A DNA stretch of 64,000 nucleotides from the human T2T-CHM13v2.0 reference genome, Homo sapiens. Below the pieces are notes generated by a model, which worked only from the letters and a program-made list of their open reading frames with translations, did not search any database and was not told where the DNA came from. The position numbers and the translations under genes were made by a program. Where the stretch lies: the NCBI RefSeq assembly GCF_009914755.1, contig NC_060941.1, one strand, 5' to 3'. Below, one piece after another: positions 55,680 to 64,000 of this stretch. Each line of letters starts with the position of its first letter. Position 1 is the stretch's first letter.

Positions 55680-56074
55680 GATGGAAACTAGATGCAATGC
55701 ATAATATTGAATTAGATCTAGAAGTAGGAAAAATGACTACAAGGATGTTACTGGGACAATTGATGGATTGTAAATAAGCTTTGTAGGTAACAATATCAAT
55801 GGTAAAGAAAAAAATTCCTTATTTTGGCCACTGTTCTGTAATTATGTAAGTGAAGGTCCTTACTCTTGGAAATATACATTTAGGAATTTAGAAGTAAAGG
55901 GCCAAGATTTCTGTAACTTACTCTCAAGTGGTTAAAAAGTAAAAATTAGACAGATGAATGGATGATAAAATACCTGTGGTAAAATGTTAACAATTGATGG
56001 ATCTCAGTAAAAATGTATATATAATTATTTCTTGAATCTTTTATGTGAGATTAAATTATTTCAAGATAAAAATT
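55680..56074 (+). mobile_element. Old L1 (L1MC/ME) 3' end
   Basis: ctgggacaattg...cttggaaatatacattt...tgtaacttactctcaagtggtt...aaaatgttaacaattg. Confidence 0.7.
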
Positions 56075-56364
56075 GGCCAGGCACAGTGCTTCATGCCTGC
56101 AATCTCAGCATTTTGGGAAGCTGAGGTGGACAGATTAGTTAAGGCCAGGAGTTTGAGATCAGCCTGGCCATCATGGCAAAACCTGGTTTCTACTAAAATT
56201 ACAAAAATTAGCTAGGTGTGGTTGGTGTGCACCTGTCATCTCAGCTACTCAGGAGGCTGAGGCCCAAGAATTGCTTGAACCCAGGAGGCAGAGGTTGCAG
56301 TGAGCCCAGATGGCACCACTGCACTCCAGCGCTTGGGTAACAGAGCAAGACTCTGTCTCAAAAA

Positions 56365-56399
<35 letters not shown>

Positions 56400-56403
56400 A
56401 ATT
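56075..56403 (+). mobile_element. Alu (Jb/Sz-like) with (AAAT)n tail
   Basis: Full dimer with aggccaggagtttgag; (AAAT)n at about 56361-56400. Confidence 0.94.
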
Positions 56404-56648
56404 AAAATAAAAAATTAAATGGTAAATCCTAATTAATTTAAGCAACAAAACAAAAAAAAGACAATTTTTTTTGTCTAATGGTTCATTTTTGTCCCTTGAA
56501 GTTGTACTAAGCATATTATCATTTATCAGGATAAAAATCTTCCAGAAGTCATCAAGTATAGTTTGTCTCATGTTTTTCTTTGTTTGTGTTTTGTTTTTTG
56601 TTCTTTTTAATTAAAAGCAGTTGCCTTTTCTAAGAAAAAAAAACATGT

Positions 56649-56759
56649 TTTCACTTCCTGTTCAGACTATACAAACTTAATCTCTATTTCTGGGAAGTGA
56701 ATGAAATGTGCTTGCTGGAAATTTCCCTACTCCAGAATTTCCATGAAAATTTACTGGAA
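56649..56759. promoter_or_regulatory. Candidate cytokine/inflammation-responsive enhancer (EICE + GAS + NF-kB cluster)
   Basis: GGAAGTGAAA (- strand, 56649-56658), TTCTGGGAA (56688-56696), GGAAATTTCCC (56717-56727), TTCCATGAA (56739-56747), TTACTGGAA (56751-56759). Confidence 0.5.
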
Positions 56760-57213
56760 AGATAATGGGCAAGCTCTTAATTTCTTTTAATTGAAACGAG
56801 AGAGGACAGAAAGTTCAGCTCAGATTCCAGACATCATAAAGTCTATTCTGGAAATGAATGGTGGGTAGATTGAAACATAAACACACACACCCTTACCCTT
56901 AAACCCTAGTCTACAGACAGTTTCATTTTTGTTAAGACTGATATCATTTGTGCAGTTTACGGTTTTCAGTAACATAGCAACATTTGCTGTATGTGTAATA
57001 ACAGCATCTAAAATGACATAATAAAAAAAGAATTATCTGCGATTAGAAGTGAACTGTTAAAACTACTCTGGTCAGCGCCAAAAATCAAGGGAGTTTATTA
57101 TTTCAGTAGCTGCAATGAAAAGCCCCTCTGGGTGCCTAGAAAACGTAGCCCCTTGAGTTTCCACCCGTCCTCCTCACTGACACGGTAATGGGCTTTGTTA
57201 AATTCAAAGACAG

Positions 57214-57261
57214 TTACGTCAGCAATTTGTGGCCTCTTGTGGGTTTTCCAGGCCTATAAAG
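57214..57261 (+). promoter_or_regulatory. Candidate core-promoter module: CRE/Maf half-site, kB site, TATA box
   Basis: TTACGTCA (57214-57221) overlapping GTCAGCAATTT; TGGGTTTTCC (57240-57249); TATAAAG (57255-57261). Confidence 0.35.
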
Positions 57262-57423
57262 CACACAAATTATACCCAAATATTGGCCTGAAAAATTAGT
57301 AAGCTATAGGATTTGTGTTATTTTAGCCAAGCTTTACTGGAGTGAAAGAAACCTAGGGACCTTAAAACTCAGTAGCCTCTTTGCTACCTTATTATTTTCT
57401 TTTTTGGTGGGCAGATTCTGAGA

Positions 57424-57651
57424 GTTAATACTGTTGGGTTTTTTTTTCATCATTATTACATTATTTTTTATTATTTTGTCTTGTGTGTTAATACTTTTTT
57501 TTGCTTCATTATTAATTTTTTATTATTTTGTCTTGCGTGTTAATACTGTTGTTTTTTTGCTTCATTATTACATTATTTTTTATTTTGTCTTGTGTGTTAA
57601 TGCTGTTGTTTTATTGCTTTATTATTACATTATTTTTTATTATTTTGTCTT
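57424..57651 (+). repeat. T-rich minisatellite, 4 copies of a ~52-63 bp unit
   Basis: Units start gttaat at 57424, 57487, 57539 and 57596; core gcttcattattacattattttttattattttgtcttg. Confidence 0.93.
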
Positions 57652-57782
57652 GGATTGTTTTGTTTGACATGCAAGAAAACTTTTGGCAGATGTTAATCAA
57701 CAGTGATCTTATAAAACTATTCTTTGGCTCTTGCTTAGAATTGAATAATTACAGAAAAATCAAAGTTTTCTTCCTTTTTTAG

Positions 57783-57919
57783 AACCTTCCACGAATATCT
57801 CTAAAAATTATAATGTCTTTGTTGCAAGTAGCAAATTCCTGGTTTATTATGTCCATGCAATTCCATACATGAAGCGTGGTACAGTCGTTGAATAAAAAAT
57901 AGAGCTTTGGCTAAGCCAG
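57783..57919 (+). ncRNA. Candidate 137-nt non-coding (lncRNA) exon
   Basis: Acceptor gttttcttccttttttAG (57781-57782) and donor CAG|GTAAGA (57919/57920); stop codons in all three frames. No transcript evidence available. Confidence 0.3.
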
Positions 57920-58009
57920 GTAAGAAACAGGGCAGAGAATGAAATTATTACTGGTTATCAACTCTTCTGCATTGATTTAATAAGGAAAAGCACTAAACAT
58001 GCCGTCTAA

Positions 58010-58200
58010 ACATTTGGATTCAAGACCAGATCAGCACTTACCAGCTTTGAACTACTGTGGAGAAATTTCTAAGCCTTATTTTCCTCATTAGAGTAGTATC
58101 CAGGATAATATTTATACTAACAGTGGTGTTTGGAGAAACAAAGCATAACAAACGAACAAAAAGGACACCATGTTCAAGGGCTCTATAAAGCTCTCTACAA
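58010..58200 (+). mobile_element. MIR SINE
   Basis: tggattcaagaccagatcagcacttaccagctttga...ctaagccttattttcctcatt. Confidence 0.55.
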
Positions 58201-59395
58201 AAAGCGGTGCTTCCTATCACACTTAGAGATCCTCAGGCAGGGGGTCTGGAGCCCAACCTAACTGCAACACATGAATCTGACAAGATGTATTGCTAATAAC
58301 TCTTATCATTCATATTTATGTGTTGTTAGCTGCAGGGAGTTAGACTCCAAAGATTTTCATGTTATTTATCATATAGTAAGATAATTATGATTAGCAATTT
58401 GGAAACATAATTGTTAATAAAACTATGTTTATTTTAAGCTGCTTATACTTTAATATGACATTTTTCACTAAACCTTCACCTATTTTCTGAAATTCCATTA
58501 TTTAATATTCTTTTAGTAATTCCCAAAAACACTAATAAGAGGCTCTAAAGGTCAAAAATCAAGGGGAAAAGAAGGCATTGTTGAATAAAGTTATTTACAT
58601 AGTTAATCAGGAGCTAAAACTCAGGAGAAATGCAAATCACCTTGTTTCCAGAGAGGGAACAGTAGTATAGTCTTTGGCAGAAGTTCACGCCCTAGAGATA
58701 AACAAAAGATTTTACTTTCTTCCTTTGGACTTCTTTTGTGCATGTGTTCTTACTTGGTTTCAGTTTTTAGGTTTACAGAAATAATCTTCTGGGTGAACCA
58801 AGGTCAAAACAGCAACCAGGGGTTTAACTGCTGATCAAGCCAACAGGATGTCCAAATATTTCTCCCAAGCAATAAACCATCAGTTAATGGTGTCATTCCC
58901 ACCCATAATGCCCTCTAGCACCAAGAGGAAATGTACCTTCATTTGCTGGCCGTGTGTAGAAATATCCATTCTAAACACAATATAAAACTAATCACATCGA
59001 GATTTCTAGCTTTATCCAAGGATGAAAAAGCCCAGTGAAATGCAGGCTCAGCGTCTTCCCAGTTATCTTTCCAGCCCTCTTTTTTACTCAACTGTTACAT
59101 GATCTGGGTGCCTTCTTTATTTTTAAAAGACAATGGGGTGTCCCAGAGAAGGACTTTAGGCTAGGATGTGTAAGAACTTCATTCTAGTCCACTTTCTGCC
59201 TCTGTGTGATATCATACAAGTCACTTCAAAAGCATGGGTAAATTCTAAAAAGTTTGATTTAAATTCTAAACACTATTTTTTATTACCTTCTCCCTTGAAA
59301 CACCCTTTGCTATACAGGTTATAAGAGGTACATCATCAGAATAAACCATGATAAGGACGGCAGAAAGCAAAAAGACAATAGCGCCAAAAGGGTAT

Positions 59396-59755
59396 TGTGT
59401 TAGTCTGTTCTCCCACTGCTAATAAAGACATACCCAAGGCTGGGTAATTTATAAAGGAAAAAGTTTTAATTGACTCACAGTTCCACATGGCTGGGGAGGC
59501 CTCACAACCATGGCTGAAGGTGACTGAGGAGCAAAGTCACATCTCACACGGTGGCAGGCAAGAGAGTGTGTGCAAGGGAACTCCCATTTATAAAGCCATC
59601 AGATCTCGTGAGACTTATTCACTATCATGAGAACAGCACAGGAAACACCCACCCACATAATTCAATTACCTCCCACTGGATTTCTCCCACGAACCGTGCA
59701 GATTATTACAATTCAAGGTGAGATTTGAGTGGGGACACAGAGCCAAACCATATGA
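59396..59755 (-). mobile_element. THE1C-like MaLR solo LTR
   Basis: tgtgttagtctgttctcccactgctaataaagacatacc...gacacagagccaaaccatatga. Confidence 0.92.
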
Positions 59756-60989
59756 CTTGTGATGGAGAGGGATACAGTCTTAGTAAGTCTTAGGAAACCG
59801 AGAGATGTGTGAACAGTCATTCACAGGTTAGAATGCCCACTATCATTCACCTCACTAAACTTTCAAGGCTACTTCATCAAAATTTATGTTAAGTTCATGT
59901 TAGGTCACAAATTTGAAGTTTTTCAGATTTTCATGCAATCACCCTTTAACTAGCCTATTGCTCCACATCTGGTATAATTACTTAACTTTGTATTCTGCTC
60001 ATCCTGGCCCATCTAATTTTTGGGTTCTAATTCTTCTCATCTTCAGATCTGCCTTTTAAAAAATTACCTATTTCCTTATTTTGAAACCCATAGTTATCTA
60101 TTTTGATGCTTTTCTTGCAATTCTAGAATCCATTATCCCTTTGTCTCTCATGCAAATTCCCCCCAATATAATCCATTTCCCCCCTACTGTTTAAAATAGT
60201 AGGCTTCCAAAAAGTGTTAAGAAAAGTAGAAAAACACTGTGGAGTATACTGCCAATGTGGGTGATCCTAACTCGGTCGATCCTTGTCTGCACTCGCTCTT
60301 GTCTATCCTTCCAACCTTCTTCAATCACATTCTTTGTAGTGACCGTTCTAAACTTAACTGTGTGTTTCTAAATGCCTGATACTATTTGTTGTAGTTGACC
60401 ATCTACTCTGGTGGCTCTGTTTATTAACTCAACATTTTACTCCTTACCACACTCATCATGATTGCTTTGAGTTTTGCCATATTCTTTTAAGTCCCTAATA
60501 TCATCATCTCTTCGTCACTCAAAGCTAAAAACCCCCTCTGTTACTTTACTGAGGTTTAAGTGTCTGGCCTAACCATTCTAGCTTTATCTCTTTTCAATTA
60601 TCACAATATCCACTTCACTGATTCAATATTTTACCGATTCTTCACACAAGTTTTTTTTCTATTTTCTTCCTTTCCTTTTAAATATTTTTATTATGAAATA
60701 TTCAGATACTGATAAATATAAATGTTATGATTAAAAAAATACAGTGTTCTTTTCTCTTACCCTCTCCTTCACTTAACTTGATGAAACCCTAGAATTTTGT
60801 TAGTTTTAAATCCATCTTTTTAAGTAGTAAATAATGGAGGAACAATAGTCTTTCTCTGAATTTCTTCTCAATCCAATTCTTCTCTAATTTCTCAATCTAG
60901 AGGTAACCAATATCCTGAATTGGGTACCAATTATCCCCATGCATCTTTCTGTAATTTTACAATAGATATTTTCCATTAAACATATAAAT

Positions 60990-61199
60990 TGTGATACAGA
61001 GCAAAATAACCCCCCAACATGTTCACATTCCCTTTCTTAGAAACTGTTAATGTGTTATCTTACATGAAAAAAGGAACTTAGCAGATAGATTAAGGTTAAG
61101 AATTCAACCTCTGACTTACAAACTGAAATGATTAATTTACGTTGTTTTAAGGCACTAAATTTGTAGTAGTTTGTGACGGCAGCCCAGAAGAGAAATACA
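60990..61199 (+). mobile_element. MLT1D-like LTR with a large internal deletion
   Basis: 5' end (ataaccccccaacatgttcac...gattaaggttaag) joined directly to the 3' end (tgttttaaggcactaaatttgt...aaataca). Confidence 0.7.
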
Positions 61200-61383
61200 T
61201 ATCAAATTGTTCTGTGTTTTGATGCCAAAAAAAAATGTATCCATCTTTTTGCTTTTTGAAAAACTCATTGTAATGCCTTTTGGATTAACTCACGTTGATA
61301 TGTGTAGCTCTCTAGTTCATTCACTGTATCTTCTATGAGGTCTTATAAATATTACACAATTTGTTCATTATCCTCCTTATTGA

Positions 61384-61768
<385 letters not shown>

Positions 61769-63145
61769 TAGTAAAATTAAGCTTCTGAAACTTTTAGGTT
61801 CTCTTTTAGTGAATATCTTGTTCACTTGTTTGTTTTTCTTTTGGGTTGTTTTTCATTTTCTAATGGACTTGAAGTAATTTATAAATTCTGGGTCTAAATG
61901 CACTGCTGTTTATAGCTTCTAATTGTATGGATTTTCTTTTTATTTTGTTAATGGTATTTTTTCCTTGAAATTATGTTTTATGTTTAAAATGGCCACACTT
62001 ATGAATATTTTTCAATTATGGTTTGTGTTTTTTTTCTTGTTTAAGAAATCCTTCCCTGAGATCATAAATACTCTTTTGATTTTTTAAAAATTAGTTTTAC
62101 ACACACAAATGTTTAATCTACCTATAAGTAATTATAGTATTGTGTTAACTATATTTTTTCAGATTAATAACCAAAGAATCTAATACCACTTACACATTTG
62201 TCTTTTTCCCAATTAATTTTAAACTACCTTTGTAACACATAAAGTTTCCATACATGTACGGATCTTTCTCTGGACCCCCATTCTATTTCACTGACTTATT
62301 TGTTTTCACTCTTGTGCAGATATCAAACAGGCCTAATTATTATAGTGGCAGAGTGTCTTGATATCTGTTGTGTGCTTCCACTTTATTATTTTTTTCAAAA
62401 TCATCCCTCCACTTTTGGCTCTTTGTTGTTTCATATGAATTCTAGGAACTGGGATTTTAATTGTACTTAAAATTAATGTATTAGTTAATTTGGAGAAAAA
62501 CCATATGTTTTCACATTATTGAATCTTTCCATCCATGAACATGGTATATTTTGTCATTCAGTTAGCACTTATTTTGTTAGATATTTTTCTAGATACATTA
62601 TGTATCTGTTTTCTCAATGTTTATTGCAACTATACAGAAATGCTAATGATTTCTGTATGTTGAGTATTCTCCTGGCAATCTTCCTGAATTCTTATAAATT
62701 CCAAAACTTTGTGGAGTATATGAAATTTTTCTAGAAGACAATCGTATCAAATGATAATAACAAGTATTGTAATCTTTACATCACTTGTTTTTAAATGTAT
62801 TACTTTGTTTTGAACCATTAATTCAATATTGAGCAGAAGGATTGCTAACAGAGATCCTTGTTATGTTCTTGAATTGAAATTAACAGATTTCCTTTTGTTG
62901 TATAGCTTTTAAATATAAGGCTTTCTTTTGTTTCTATTGTCCATGGAAAAGACATATAAGTTACAGATCCTTTAAAATGTGGTAAAAACTGCCTGTGAAA
63001 CTATCTGGCCTCAGTTCCATTTGGAGGGAAGGGTGGTGGTAGGAAATACTTTTTTTTTTTTTTTTGGCTAATATAATTTCCTAATGTTAATCTAAACATG
63101 GCTATGTTTTGTGAGTCCAACTGTGTGACTTTTGCTTTTCTCTAA

Positions 63146-63518
<373 letters not shown>

Positions 63519-64000
63519 TCTTTATAGTTTTTAATGTCTCTAATATATCTTTAATAAATCTGTTGCATGCTAAAACTGTAGGCATTTTCTTCTTGGGGGG
63601 CCTCTTTCTCAAAAACCTCATTGATTATTGTAAATCAAGATTTTATGTGGGTTTCTCTCCTGAGCTCTTGTTCAGTGTTGTCAATTGCATTACAAACATA
63701 TTCGACCTAGGTAGGTTACATCACCTAAACCCAACATGACTAACATTAAACTTTTTGTCTCTATCACCACTTCAGAATTACCTCCTTCTGAATGAGGTCA
63801 CTGAAAGTGATAAGACAGTCCCTGTAGTCATATAGACTCAATATTTTAGTTCACTTTTTAACTTCTCTGCCCAAGCTTCAGAATTACTGTGTCTCAAATA
63901 TTTGTCTGTTTCTTTTCCTTCCCGCTACATAGCCCTAAAATTGCATTTTAGCTCCTGGTTTCTGAACCACTCTAGTAGCTTTCGAACTTACTGTACTGTT

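Noticed and set aside
57434-57782. Hydrophobic membrane-like ORFs
   Set aside because: Artefact of the T-rich minisatellite (F/I/L/Y codons).

Overview
Primate, most likely human, genomic DNA: AT-rich, CpG-depleted, with no CpG island. It is dense in interspersed repeats (about 13 Alus, L1 fragments of many ages, MIR, L2, MaLR/ERVL/ERV1 solo LTRs, hAT MER elements) and microsatellites. I find no credible protein-coding exon, RNA gene or processed pseudogene. The ORFs in the track are repeat-derived or chance ORFs, so the window reads as intergenic or deep-intronic, and I cannot name the locus. Repeat subfamily calls come from recalled consensus sequences and should be confirmed with RepeatMasker/Dfam. 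The most notable structures are: (1) a complex local duplication at 24.4-26.7 kb, in which one copy is an inverted segment fused to a direct segment of a donor about 1.8 kb away; (2) a candidate inflammation-inducible regulatory unit at 56.6-57.9 kb, made of a dense ETS-IRF/STAT/NF-kB motif cluster, a CRE/Maf + kB + TATA module, a ~57-bp minisatellite and a well-delimited non-coding exon; (3) a very young, short L1 insertion with a perfect TSD; (4) an old L1PA insertion with an apparent 3' transduction. All functional statements are inference from motifs, not demonstrated activity.
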